64,000 nucleotides of DNA from Octopus sinensis. Its lineage: Eukaryota. The notes under the pieces are model-generated. The model was not told the DNA's origin and made no database searches. It saw only the letters and a program-made list of their open reading frames with translations. Of this stretch, positions 50,919-64,000 are shown piece by piece (within the stretch, counting starts at the first letter, position 1; each line of letters begins with the position of its first letter). The DNA lies in contig NC_042997.1 of assembly GCF_006345805.1 (NCBI RefSeq), positions 76,198,001 through 76,262,000 on the forward strand. The letters are read 5' to 3'. Both the position numbers and the translations under genes were made by a program.

Positions 50919-52651
50919 CAAAGGTGGGCACCGTTAATCGTAAATTAGTTAATCCTTTAAAAATGTAACGCAAGTTAACGTTAATCCGGTAATTTTTTTC
51001 CAATGTTTTTCACCAAAATCTTCAGAATGATATATAAGGCACCTTTCACGAAAAAAAAAAGGAAAAAATTTTTTTTAATTTTTGTTTTCACACCCACCAT
51101 CCCCTCACCACCCCAGTCGGCCATTTTTTTAATTTTTTTTTCACATGAGAGAAACATTTTCGGCTTTTAAAAAATTGTTAATAATTTCAGAGGAAAATGT
51201 GTAATTTAAGGGAATCTGGCTGTTGTTTCTAGCATATCCCCAAACCTCCCTACTCGTTTCTTTCTCACTCATCTATTGATATTTTTCTTCCCATAAACAA
51301 ATTTTATGGAATGATGATGTCAAAGTAACACACTTGTAGTCCCAACTGAGCGAGGCAATGTTATGTGTTCGTGTGTAAGAAAAAAAAACACCTAAAAACA
51401 TTTTTAGTGTTCATATGTAACACTTCTTCTGTCAAATGTAACGCTTCTTCGTTTGAATAATTCAGGTTCGAGAGAAGTGTCCAAAATATTTTCTTGTAAC
51501 TTCGTAAATTTTTTACTTACAGATTTGAAATTTTGTCAGTGGGTGCTTTATATACCACTGGTTTATTGTTATGTAATTTTAGCTGATCTTGCTGAGTAAA
51601 TCTAACTTTTATAGGCTGGTAAATTTAATTAACAAGTGTAAAAGCAACAACATTATGGATAAACACTAAAATTGAAATTCTTAATTCATCTTACCTGTTT
51701 GATTTGTTACTAAAATTATCCCAGATGGTAACCGACAAAAATTTTGCCACTTTTCAAGATAAGATACATTAATTTGAATTAACTAAAATACAGGTATAAT
51801 CAGTACAAGATTTTATTCTCTTGGTAAATATTTCGTACCTCAATATGGAATAATTTTTTCCACAGTTTTTTCGGGTGCATTCAACGTATCTAACCTCCAA
51901 ACCACTTTTTTCCAGAAAAGAAAGATGGAAGGGGTGGTGGGGACCTCGAAGTTTCCCACCAAGGGAATTTTGTTTCACGGGTCTTTTTTCTTTTCCAGGT
52001 TATTTTGCATGCTTTCATTAAATGTGACGTCGAAATCATGCATAATCGGCTCCTTTTTCCAAAAAAGGAAAGATTTAGCTGCTATTTCTAGCATGCCCTG
52101 CTACCACGTGACAGCTATTTGCATTCACACCGAAATATTTACCAACTTTTCTCCTTCCGTTTATTTTTCTACCTTATAGAAGTCATTTTCTTTGTTGACA
52201 TCCACCTCAGTTAATTTTGCTTTTCTCCCAGTTCTGTGCTTTCTGGAATAAAAACCCTCACCTTATCTCAAAGCTACGAGAATTTGTTTATTTGCTTATT
52301 TATTTAAAAGATTTCGCAGAGGAATTAGATACAATGGGCTTTGGCTGGTTTAAACACTAAAGGGTAAAACAAGCTGATTTCATAGTTTTAGTCTTTTTTT
52401 AGGTTTTTTAAAGGCTTTTAGAGCCAGAAAAGGGTAAAAAAAAAAAAGAATTCAAATGAAACACAATGTTGGAATTAAACTAAAAAAAAGTTTATTGATA
52501 AGGTGGTCATAAAAAAATAGAAAACATGTTATATACATAATTTAATCTTTCCTCTTCTTCTCTATTTTGTTGATGAGATTCATATTGCCCTTCATGAAAA
52601 TTTTCATCAGACAAGGATGATCTCTTGGCACTCAAGATATCCTTGCCCATG
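50919..52651 (-). mobile_element. 3' portion of a degenerate hAT element, probably with further insertions
   Basis: MGKDILSAKRSSLSDENF (hAT C-terminal dimerisation region) at 52651-52590; terminal CAAAGGTGGG with GTTAA subterminal repeats at 50919. Confidence 0.5.
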
Positions 52652-52660
52652 GATATATTA

Positions 52661-52850
52661 AGGCTGCGAGCTAGCAGAAACGTTAGCACACCGAGCGAAA
52701 TGCTTAGCGGTATTTCGTCTGCTGTTACGTTCTGAGTTCAAATTCCACCGAGGTCGACTTTGCCTTTCATCCTTTCAGGGTCGATTAAATAAGTACCAGT
52801 TACGCACTGGGGTCAATATAATCGACTTAATCCGTTTGTTTGTCCTCTCT
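52661..52850 (+). mobile_element. tRNA-derived SINE with conserved central domain, 3' truncated
   Basis: Box A-like GAGCTAGCAGAAACG, box B GAGTTCAAATTCC, and GCCTTTCATCCTTTCAGGGTCGATTAAATAAGTACCAG (Meta/Nin-type domain). Confidence 0.8.
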
Positions 52851-53637
52851 GCAGAATTGGCAATAAAGCTTAGTTCAAACTCATACAACAGTTCATCATC
52901 ATCTTCAACAACTTGGAAAGGTCCTTAAACTTGGAAAATTTTTGAATTGACATCTGCTCTTCTCTCCATTCTCATGAACTCATTTCACCCTTTTTGGATA
53001 GACTTGTGACTGGTGATGAAAAATAGATCTATCGAAATGTTAAACATTGTAAACAGTGGCTTGATAAAAGGGAAAAAGCTCAGCCACAACCGAGAAAGGA
53101 ACTTCATGGGAAAAAGGTTCTTCTCTCTATCTGATGGGACTGCAAAGGAGTAATTCACTTTGAATTGTTACCACCTAATGCAACAATCAATGCTCAAGTC
53201 TACTGTCAGCAATTAGAGCATTTGAACCAAGCTTTGAAGAAAAAGTGACCCGCTTTAGTGAATTGAAAAGGAATGATGTTTCATCAGGACAATGTGCAAC
53301 TCCACACTGCAAAGATCACATCACAGAAGATCGAAGAGCTTGGTTAGGAAAAAATTCCTCATCCACCTTATTCTCCTGAACTTGATCCTTCAGACTACCA
53401 TTTGTTTTGTAGTTAACTTTCGCAAGCCAGGAGGAGGTTGAAACTGACATTTCAGAGTTCTTCTCTTTGAAACAAAAAGAGTTTTACATTGATGGGATTA
53501 AAAAGCTTGTAAATAGATGGAAGGAAGTCATAGATAATCAGAGAAAGTACATTGATAATTAAATTTCAATAAGACATAACATTTGATCACTTGTTTTCTT
53601 TATTCAAAATTTGGACAGAACTTATGGGATGACCTGA
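52851..53637 (+). mobile_element. 5'-truncated mariner transposon
   Basis: LVTGDEK, HQDN, HPPYSPELDPSDYHLF; ends TTATGGGATGACCTGA|TA. Confidence 0.85.
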
Positions 53638-53787
53638 TATATATATATATATATATATACTTTATTAATAAAGCTGCAAAGACATCATAACATACTTTAT
53701 TAATAAAGCTTATTACTCTACTTCTGGTGTTTGAGTACTTATTTTTCCACTTTGTTTCACATTTATGTGCTTACTCTGGTATATATA

Positions 53788-55483
53788 TCATCATCATCGT
53801 TTAACGTCTGCTTTCCATGCTAGCATGGGTTGGACGATTTTGACTGAGGGCTGGCGAGCCAGATGGCTGCACCAGGCTCCAATCCTGATCTGGCAGAGTT
53901 TCTACAGCTGGATGCCCTTCCTAATGCAAACCACTCTGTGAGTGTAGTGGGTGCCAGTCAGGTGGCACTGGCAACGACCTCGCTTGAATCTTCTTACACG
54001 TGCCAGTGAAGCGACATTGGCAACGATGACGCTCGAATGGTGCCCTTTTACGTGCCACGGGTATGGAAGCCAGTTGGCTGCTCTGGCAGCGCTCACACTC
54101 GGATGGTGCTCTTGGCACCCTACTAGCACAGGCATAAAGTGCCAGTAAGGCGATGCTGGTAACGATCATACTTGAATAGCCGCTGTGTCAACAATCACAC
54201 TCGTATGGTGCTCTTTGCATCCCGCTAGCACGAATGCCAGTCATCAAATTGCTTTTGATTTCACTTGCCTCAACAGGTCTTCGCAAGCAGAGTTTAGTGA
54301 CCAAAGAAGGAAAGGTACACATAAGTGGGCTGGTTACGCTCCTGGCATAGGCCACAGGTTATGGTCTCATTTGGCTTGCCGAGTCTTCTCAAGCACAGCA
54401 TATTTCCAAAAGTCTCGGTAGCTAGTCATTTCCTTGGTGAGGCCTAATGTTCAAAGGTCATGCTTCACCACTTCATCCCAGGTCTTCCTGGGTCTACCTC
54501 TTCCACAGGTTCCCTCAACCGCTAGGGTGTGGCACTTTTTCACCCAGCTATCCTCATCCATTCTTGCCACATAACCATACCAGCGTAGTCGGTCCTCTTG
54601 TACACCACATCTAATGCTTCTTAGGTCCAACTTTTCTCTCAAGGTACTTACACTGACATTACACATCCATTGGAGCATACTGGCTTCATTCCTAGCAAGC
54701 TTACGCATGTCCTCAACAGTCACAGCCCATGTTTCACTGCGTGTAGCAAGGCTGTTAGTACACATGCATCATACAGTCTACCTTTTACTCTGAGCGAGAA
54801 GCCCTTTGTCATCAGCAGAGGTAAGAGGTCTCTGAACTTTGCCGAGGCTATTCTTATTCAGTGTTTATCGCTCCTGAGCATCTGCCACATACAAAAACTA
54901 TCTTCCCAGTCAGCCTTCCTTTGACATTACTGCACCTCTTATGTGTCCATAGCTTACATTGGGTACATCTCATAGAGTTTCTACCTACGCCTCTACTATA
55001 GATTGAGCAGGGCCATCTACCTGAAGGGATTTGTGGTTTGCCTGCCTTCCTACTTATTAGGACTTTGGTTTTAGCTAGGTTGATTTTAAGGCCCTTCGAG
55101 TCTAATCCTTGCTTCCACACTTGAAACTTCTCCTCTAGTTCTGATAGTGACTCAGCAATTAGAGCAAGGTCGTCAGCATAGAGGAGCTCCCAGGGGAATC
55201 GTGTCTTGAATTCCTCCGTTATTGCCTGGAGGACTATGATAAATAGGAGGGGGCTGAGGACTGAACCCTGGTGGACCCAACCGCTACCTTGAATTCTTCA
55301 GTGTACTCGTTGCCAACCCTTACCTTACTTACAGCGTCCCTGTACATGGCTTGCACAGCTCTCACTAACCATTCATCTATCCCTAGTTTCCTCATTGACC
55401 ACCAGATAAGGGATTGGAGGACCCTGTCAAAGGCTTTCTCCATGTCAACAAAAGCCAGGTACAGGGGCTTATCTTTGGCAAGG

Positions 55484-55487
<4 letters not shown>
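53788..55487 (-). mobile_element. 5'-truncated RTE LINE with internal deletions
   Basis: DMEKAFDRV, YADD, PHD-like finger, RWYG; (ATG)n tail. Confidence 0.9.
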
Positions 55488-55515
<28 letters not shown>

Positions 55516-55965
55516 CAACAGATGAGATGCAGCACGGACTTTGTCAGTGAACAGGTCGCGGATTTTAGCGACGAAAATATTTTGACAAATTAAACTTAAA
55601 TGTTGAAGTGAATCGAACGGCTTTTGTGTGTTTCTTAAATGGCTTATAAACACCTTCCACGCTGCAATTGTTTTCGTTTCAGCACACGATCTCAGATCAA
55701 ATTACTTGCTATGTGAGTACATCTCCGTAATATATATATATATTTACAAGATAAGGGCAGAATATCGGTTTATTTCGAGATGCATAAATTTAATGGTTAT
55801 CGACAATTTTTTTTGTTTCGGCGTATCTGGCATTAGAATTTTTCTTCTGCCTTTATCTTGTAAATTATGTATAAATTTTACCTTTAAAGGCATTTTTTGA
55901 TATGCTTGGCCATTGATAAAATTTTTTTCCCGAAAAAAATGTTATCCTATATCAATTATATATAT

Positions 55966-55999
<34 letters not shown>

Positions 56000-56440
56000 C
56001 AACAGATGAGATGCAGCACGGACTTTGTCAGTGAACAGGTCGCGGATTTTAGCGACGAAAATATTTTGACAAATTAAACTTAAATGTTGAAGTGAATCGA
56101 ACGGCTTTTGTGTGTTTCTTAAATGGCTTATAAACACCTTCCACGCTGCAATTGTTTTCGTTTCAGCACACGATCTCAGATCAAATTACTTGCTATGTGA
56201 GTACATCTCCGTAATATATATATATAATTTACAAGATAAGGGCAGAATATCGGTTTATTTCGAGATGCATAAATTTAATGGTTATCGACAATTTTTTTTG
56301 TTTCGGCGTATCTGGCATTAGAATTTTTCTTCTGCCTTTATCTTGTAAATTATGTATAAATTTTACCTTTAAAGGCATTTTTTGATATGCTTGGCCATTG
56401 ATAAAATTTTTTTCCCGAAAAAAATGTTATCCTATATCAA
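55516..56440. repeat. Near-perfect 484-bp tandem duplication bounded by (TA)n
   Basis: CAACAGATGAGATGCAGCACGG starts at 55516 and 56000; the copies differ essentially only in the TA tracts. Confidence 0.92.
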
Positions 56441-56583
56441 TTATATATATATATATAATATATATATATATATATACATACATACATACATACATATATA
56501 TATATACATACATATATATATATATATATACATACATACATACATACATATATATATATATACATACATATATATATATACAT

Positions 56584-56616
<33 letters not shown>

Positions 56617-56661
56617 CATACACACACACACACATACACACACACATATATATATATACAT

Positions 56662-56692
<31 letters not shown>

Positions 56693-56710
56693 CACATATA
56701 CATACATATA

Positions 56711-57358
56711 CAGAGCTGGGTGTAAGTCTGTTAAACTGCTAATCATTAATTAATGATGTTAACATTGTCATTAACAATTTAACTTTTAAGTTAACTTTGA
56801 AAATTATTATTGGACTAATTAACTTCTGTTACATTTAGCTTCTGTTAACTCAAGTCTGTTAATCCAAAACTTGTCTACTGCAGCCCATGGTCGACACAGT
56901 TTTGGCAGGCATCGCCAAAAGATTTGCAGCTCTCCTGGACGACGAGCAATGCTAACTAGCTGCTGCCTTTCACTCCAGGTTTTGCCTCATCTGGTTGGAT
57001 AGGTATGATAGCACCAAGTTCACCAGAGTGAGGAGAAGCATGGAGGATAAAGTCAAGGAGGCCATAAGGCAGCAATCTGAGGAAGTGAGCAACAACAGTG
57101 AAGGTAGCAATCAATGAAGAGGTGGAAGATTACTTCTTCAGTTGTGTCACCCAACAAAAAGAGAGCAGAAGCCACAGGTCACTGAAGGGCAAGGCCTAGA
57201 ATTTAGTAAAGACCTGGTTGGAGACTAACTCCAAAGATCTACTGACAGATGCTACCTTCTTGAGTGAGCAAGTGTTGGTGGACTTGTTCATCAATTCAAC
57301 ATAGCCACCCCTTCCAGTGCTGCAATTGAATGTCTATTTTTCATGGGCAAGGATATCT
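56711..57358 (+). mobile_element. hAT element 5' end plus transposase C-terminal remnant
   Basis: CAGAGCTGGG terminus with CTGTTAA subterminal repeats; FINSN/FN.ATPSSAAIECLF.MGKDI motif. Confidence 0.6.
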
Positions 57359-57459
57359 ATTTCTTTACTACCCACAAGTGTGGTGGAAGTTGTTCGCAAT
57401 AAACACTGAAAATATGCAGAGAATGACTTCTGCCATACACACATATATATATATACACA

Positions 57460-58212
57460 TATCATTATCATCACCATTTAATGTCTGTTATCCATGCTGG
57501 CATGGTTGGACAGTTTGACCAGGGCTGGCAATCTAGAAGGCTGGACCAGACTCCAGTTTGATTTGGCATGGTTTCTACAGATTGATACCCTTCCTGACAC
57601 CAACCACTCCAAATGTATAATGGGTATCTTTACATGCTACCGGCACATGTGACATCAGTATCTGCCACGACTACAATTTTACTTCTTTTCAAGCACAGCA
57701 TAATGTCAAAGATTTCGGTCATTCGTCATTGCCTCTGTGAGGCCCAACACTCAGAAGCTGCTTTTCATGTGTCCCCAGCATTGACCACCTTGCCTCTGTG
57801 AGGACCAACACTTGAAAGGTGCTTTTTACATCCCATCAACACAGGTGTCCAGCTATGTGACACCAGCATCGGCCACTACTACAGTTTCACTTGGCTTGAT
57901 GAATCTTCTCAAGCACAGCATATTGTCAAGCCTACGTGTGTCCTCGGCTGTCACAGCCCATGTTTCACTACCTTGTAGCATAGCTGTTTGCACACAGGCA
58001 TCTGCCTTTCACTCTGAACGAAAGGCCCTTTGTTGCCAACAGAGGTAGGAGCTCTCTGAACTTTGCCCAGCCTATTCTTTTTCTAGCAGCTATGCTCTTG
58101 GAGCATCCACCTCCACACTAACTTGGTCATCTAGATAAAGGAAGCTATCTACAACCTCTAGTTTCCCCACCTGGCAGTTGATGGAATCTATTTTCTGTAC
58201 ATTTTCAGTGTT
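57460..58212 (-). mobile_element. Old RTE 3' fragment
   Basis: LEVVDSFLYLDDQV..WAKFRELLPLL; 3'UTR and tail. Confidence 0.8.
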
Positions 58213-58494
58213 TATATATATATATATGTACTAGCATTAAAGACCCGTCGTTGCCGGGTCATAGTGCTAGTGCATGTATATATGTGTTTATATTACATGT
58301 GCATCTATATATATACATCTACACATAAAATACAAAATACAAAGTTATATCTTGATATCACTCAAAATATATAACAGACTGGAATTGTTAGCCCGTCTCT
58401 TGTAATTTCGATCAATTGTATCTTGTCCTCCCTCTTGTATAGAAGTATGGCTACAATCCAGCCTACCTCTACTTTGGGGGGGGGGGGGGGGCAT

Positions 58495-58694
58495 TTAAAA
58501 TTTTTTTCCGGGACGTCCTACGTCCCAGATATAAGGGTAATAATAAAATATTTCCACTTTGCAAGTTCGAGTCAAGTACTCCCTTGCATGCTCTGTTGAT
58601 TCGAACCTTGCTTCTATTGTGGCGAATTTACCGCATCTGATTAGATATCTTTCATAGTCCCACCAAGACACTTTTCGAAGGTGCTTTTCTCCAT
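58495..58694 (-). mobile_element. ORF1 fragment of an older Tx1/L1-like element
   Basis: RCGKFATIEARFESTEHAREY resembles RGKRYGTVEVRFTTEEIAKK and WGKKYATIMVYFKSEQMARK in the other ORF1s. Confidence 0.55.
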
Positions 58695-61600
58695 GTTGTT
58701 TTATTATTACCCACAAGGGGCAAACATAGATGGGACAATACAATCTGATGGTGGGGTCAGACACACGAATGGGTTTTACAATAAAACGAATTAAAAAATT
58801 TTCATGAAATTACAATAAATGGACAGAAATCGAATGATGTAACAGACCGGAAGACATTACGGGTGGAGTGGGTGCGGGTTTAGCTCGGACCCCACGAGCC
58901 CCGCCTCCCCACTGATACTTTTGGTTACGCTTGGTGTTACATTTATGTTGTATCATTCACTCGCAACTTTCGTGCTACATCTTTCCATCGTTCTTCATAC
59001 ACTCTCCTAGTCAGGCATATTCTCTCCAGCCCTATCTTCCTTTTCAGGTGAAAGATAAAATAATTCATCAAACCAGGGCCGGAGATGAACTTGCCTGACT
59101 GTAGACCTTTCATTCTCGTCTTCCATATCACCTCTTTCGCAATTGCTACTACAACGAGAAAACGAAACTTACCTTCATTCACGAGGAAATCCGGTGGGTC
59201 AATTTTTGTAATCGACTCAGTCGACAGCTGTACTCTTCGTGTACCTGACAACAGCTGTTCGGCATAAACCCACACCTCAGACACGCCCGGACAATGAACA
59301 ATAGCGTGTGGGACGGTTTCCCTATCCCGCCCGCATCTTGGACATATCGGACTGTCTTGGCCACCGTGCCTTGCGAGTTTATCCCGAACAGGTAGAGCTC
59401 CTCTGTAGCATTGCCATGCCAGAGACTTCTGGAAGTTGTCCAGTGTCCTCGGCTTGAACGTACGTCGGAACAGACTGGCCAGCTGATTATCGTCGAAACC
59501 TAGGGTTTCCCCTAAGGTATCTTCACATTCCGCCTCTACCAACCCTCTATAGAAGAATGTGGAGGAACCCCCACCGCAGGCGTTGCCCGAGCGACGGAAT
59601 AGCAGGAGAGCCTTGCGACACTCCATGTACCAAGTACCAAGTTTCGATCTACGATTCAGCCAGGTTTCCCATCCACCGAAACTAGTGAACTTGGGAAACA
59701 TCAGTTTTGCTAGCGAAGACCACACCCGTTCACCATCCAGGTAGAGCCACAGATGTCTTAACCTCAGCGCATGTCTGCGCATCATCAGCCAAGGCATTCC
59801 TAGCCCACCCATTAACGGTTGTTGACAGCAAGTAGAGCATTTCACAAGTGGTTTCCCGCCCTTCCACAAGAAGTAGAAGAGCTGTCTTTCCAACTTCATC
59901 AACCACGAATCAGGGCAAGGAACGACGGAAAGGCGGTAGGTGATAACCGATGCGATAAACACATTGGCCACCTCCGCCCTCCCTTTCAGGGATAGCCACC
60001 GCCAAGACTAGGTCTTGGCTACTGCAGCCACCTTGCTCGTTACCTCGCCCCAATTCTTCTCTATTTGGAGGTCTGGACCGAACCAGACCCCTAGCAATTT
60101 AATCGGACCCTCCGTCCAACATCCCACGACGCTGTCAGGAGGCATCGACTTGCCTCTCCAGGTGCCGAGTTGCAAGCCGACTGACTTTTCGCGATTAACT
60201 TTTGCTCCTGTCACCGTCTCGTAGACCTCTATGGCCTTGCCTACTTTACATAGGTGGTCCATTTCGGTTACGATGATGGTGATGTCATCCGCGTACGCTG
60301 ACACCGATTTTCCACTACCTGGCTGTCTCGGGATGCCGCTCAGTTTTCGCAGTAATGGCTCAAGAGCCATCACGTAGAAAAGCGGGGAGAGCGGGCACCC
60401 TTGACGAACCGAGCGCTTGATGTTGAACGGCTTCGACAAGAAGCCGTTCACCCGAACTACCGAGTCGATGTTATCATAAATTTGGATAATCCACCTGAGG
60501 AAGCCAAGGCTCAGCCCGAACTGTGCCAGGGCAGATACCAGGTAACGATGGTCGACCCTATCAAAAGCTTTAGATTGGTCTAAATGGACCAGTGCTCCAC
60601 CCTTGCCAGAATCACTATTAAACCCCTCTATAGTGTACCGCATTAGATGGAGATTGTCCTGAATGGTTCTGCCCGGAACGGCACATGTCTGTGCCTCCCC
60701 GATCAGACCATCCGCGACACGCGCCAATCTTTTCGATAACACTTTGGCCAAAATCTTCAACTCTGTGTTTAGCAGAGTGATGGGCCTGAAATTATCAATG
60801 CACTCCCCCTTGCTCGGGTCCTTTCTGACGAGAGTCACTACTCCCCGGCGCACAGATCTGGGTGTAAGCCCGTTCTGCTGCCAGTTCGCATAGACCTCCG
60901 CCAGTAGGTGCCCGAACAAGTCTGGCATACTCTTATATAACTCATAGGGTAGACCATCCAAACCCGGCGCCGCAGTCCGCCATTGCCTCAACCACTTCCT
61001 CAGGCGTGATTGGCAGTTCCATGAAGCCACTGTTACCTTTTCTATCTGAACGCGAGCCAACACAATCTACATCCGCTTTGCAAATCGTGTTAAAGTCTCC
61101 TAGCACAACTAATGAATGCGAAGTACCAAGAAAGTTTTCTAGTTCACGAAAATAATCACTTTGCCCTGTACTGTTGGGTGCGTAAATTGCAACCAGTCTG
61201 ATAACTTTACCGTTACTGAACGTCAAATCCATGACGACCAGCCTACCTTCTGGATCTGCAAAAATTAACTTTTTCTCAGAAACCCGGTTTCTTTTTATTA
61301 GGACCAACACCCCACTTCCGCCAGTAGGACTGCCAGGAGAGAAAAAACTCTCGTAGCCGTCAAACAGCGGGAGTAGACCTCTTGGTCCCTCTAACCGGGT
61401 TTCTGTAGCAACAATAACATCTAAATTACGCGACCTGATATCATGCAGGAAGCGACCTTGCTTCCAGCCTGCTCCCAGGCCGCGCACATTCAAACAACCA
61501 ACATAAATGTAATCCATTACTTACCTTTATATCAGTGGTTCGGTTTTCTCTTTCTCTTCTTTGTTTAACTCTTTTTCTGGGCCTCGTGGGGGAGTCTGAC

Positions 61601-63110
61601 GTAGGCCCTCGAATATATGTGGAGATGTCACATCCATTCTAAGTGGGCCTACGTCATGGAAGAATTCGGATTTTATCCGCCCGTAATCCTTCCGGCCTAT
61701 TCTGTAAACTACATAGTCGTTCTTTTTCCCTATTCTCTCCACTTTGGCCATAGCTGCCAATACGTTTCCAAGTCTGTTATTTGATGCCTTAACGGCCATA
61801 TACGAGTTCATCGACTCTCTTTTCTTTTTTAAGTTCACTCTGGGAGGGGTGGTTTCCGTTTTTCTTTTTTTTTTTCTGGTGATTTTTGCCCACCCCTCCT
61901 CATTTTTCTTTTCCTGGCTCTTATTTTCCTCCGCCGCTGGTTCTGCTGCCTTTTTCACCTCCACACCTTCAGTCGTCCCTTCTGGGCTGCCCGGCGCTGC
62001 TTCTGGTGACACTTTATCTTCTTTTTCACCTAGCTGAGGTGCTTCCTGCGGTTTGGGTTGGGGTTGGCATTCCGCCCTTACATGACCCTTCTTGCCGCAG
62101 CCGAAACACCTCGGCTTTCTGCCCTCCACGAAAACTGTTATTCTCTCGTCTTCACTAATTTTTAATGTTTCTGGTATTTCCTCCAGTGTTTGCACTTCCG
62201 CCTGAATGGCTATTACTATTTTCTGTCCTTTCTAAAATTCCTCTTCCTCCACTGTGGCCTGGAGGATGTTTATTTTTTCCTCCAGGCCTACCATCACTGC
62301 TGCCACCAGACATTCGGCATCTGCCTCTGGGGGAATGTTGTTCATCGTAATTCTCGATGTTCTTTTCCCTCTATACAAGGGGAGGAGAACAATGTTTTCC
62401 GCTTTAATCGGCTCCATAGATAGTTTTTTCGCTATCTCCTCTGTAGTGAAACGCACCTCCACTGTGCCGTATCTCTTTCCTCTGTTAATGTAAGTTATTT
62501 TGTCCATTAATGGTTTAAGACAGTTCTCTAATTTTTTTTCTTCAATTTTTTGGATCATTTTTGTTGTCGTGTTAAATGTCTTATAAATTATTCTTTTTTT
62601 TTCTATTTCATCGTGTTTTTGGATGTTTGTGACCACTGTCACTTCCGTGCCCTCTTTTTTTACACAGTCCGCATATTTTTCCAAATCTTCCACATTTATT
62701 TTTTTAATCTTTTTACCGGCCACTTCAGAGAATTTTTTCGCTGGAGCTGGTGCTGGGTTTTCCTTTTTCTTTGGTGGCGTCGCCTCTTTTTTCTTTGGCG
62801 ACACCGCCTCTTTTTTCCTTGGCGACATCGCCGGATACTCCTCTTCACTCGTCACGGGAGAATCAGAGAAGGGGGACTCCATCTTGAACAGTTGGCTTCA
62901 CAAGCCCTTGGTAACTTCAAGATAATTGATATTTTTCCCCCACGGAGGGGGGAACACCAACGCGAAGTCCTCGCGCGAAGGCTGACTTCGACAGTTAGAC
63001 AGCAATATACAAAACAGGTAGACAAACAGTAGAGAATAACAGAGATAATAATATGACAGCAAAAATATATCAACTTACAATAAACGCAAAAAAACACGAC
63101 CGCCGTGGTT
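58695..63110 (-). mobile_element. Tx1/L1-clade LINE with both ends and an internal deletion of about 0.8 kb in ORF2
   Basis: ORF1 62882-61527 (CFGCGKKGHVRAEC); ORF2 pieces 61517-60942, 61063-60008 and 59971-58943. The endonuclease is fused to the pre-RT linker at about 61020. Confidence 0.92.
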
Positions 63111-63112
63111 CA

Positions 63113-64000
63113 AATTGTTTCTTTATTATCCACAAGGGGCTAACGAAGAGGGGGACAATACATCATGATTTGTGGTCACGAGATACAGATGAAATTTACA
63201 TAAAATTGAGCTTTAAAAACGTTTACATGAAATTGCAAAAATTGAAGAAATCGAATGATACACAATGTTTTTAACAACAGTACGACATAAAAGGAACACA
63301 TGAAGTGGGAACACCAGGATTGCCGACCCCACGAGCCCTGTTTTTCCCACCGAAACTCGGCAGCCAACTTACAGCGTGTTCACGTGGCCCCTTTCACTCG
63401 CAGCAATCGTGCCACACGCTTCCATATTTTGTCGAACTCACACGCAGACAGACGCCTTTTCTCCAACTCCACCTTTCTTTTTAGGTGGAACCTGAAAAAG
63501 GTCACCAAGGCGGAATCAGAGATCATGGTGTCTGTCATTGCCGCTTTCATTCTAGTCTTCCATATACACTCCTTCGCTACTGCTACTGTACTGAGAAAGC
63601 AATGCTTACCTTCACTTGTCAAAAAGCTAGGCGAGTCAATTTTTATAATTGTCTCAGCCGATAGCTGTACTCTTCTTCCGTCCGACAACAGGTGTTCGGC
63701 ATATAGCCACACGTCCGAAACTTCCGGACACTGAACAATAGCATGCGAGACTGTTTCCAGATCCCGCTCGCATCTTGGGCAGTTCGATGGTCCACTCCAA
63801 CCATGCCTTGTGAGTTTATCCCGAACGGGTAAAGCTCCTCTGAAACATTGCCAGGTCGAAGACTTCTGGAAGTTATCCAATGTCTTCGTCCCGAACGTCC
63901 TTCGGAACAGGCTGTCTAACTGATTTCGATCGAGGCCCAAGGTCCTTCCTAAGGCATCGTCATTTCCGGCCTCTACCAACCTGCTATAAAAAGCTGCGGT
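63113..64000 (-). mobile_element. 3' end of a third Tx1/L1-clade LINE
   Basis: ORF 63380-63979 is homologous to the ORF2 C-termini (CPRC..H..C); its 3' tail resembles 58695-58745. Confidence 0.9.

Overview
Repeat-dense, AT-rich eukaryotic DNA with long (TA)n/(CA)n tracts and one 100-N scaffold gap (48193-48292). The repeat landscape suggests an octopus genome; this is an inference. Most of the window is decayed transposable elements: one CR1 LINE, at least seven copies of an RTE LINE with a PHD-like zinc finger inside the RT (one copy is a single frameshift from intact), a cluster of Tx1/L1-like LINEs, several Penelope-like (GIY-YIG) fragments, three mariners, two hAT elements, a piggyBac, Helitron-like elements and tRNA-derived SINEs. 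Only two host exons could be recognised, both on the minus strand: the first coding exon of a MEGF8-like gene (49000-49240) and a 46-nt exon of EDEM3 (37054-37099), which the ORF track misses. The most interesting signal is non-coding: about eight type-I hammerhead-ribozyme motifs from several repeat families, several of them in head-to-head inverted insertions in (TA)n tracts. One is a 363-bp retrozyme-like monomer whose inverted copy starts exactly at the predicted self-cleavage site. All calls come from manual reading; no searches or folding programs were run.
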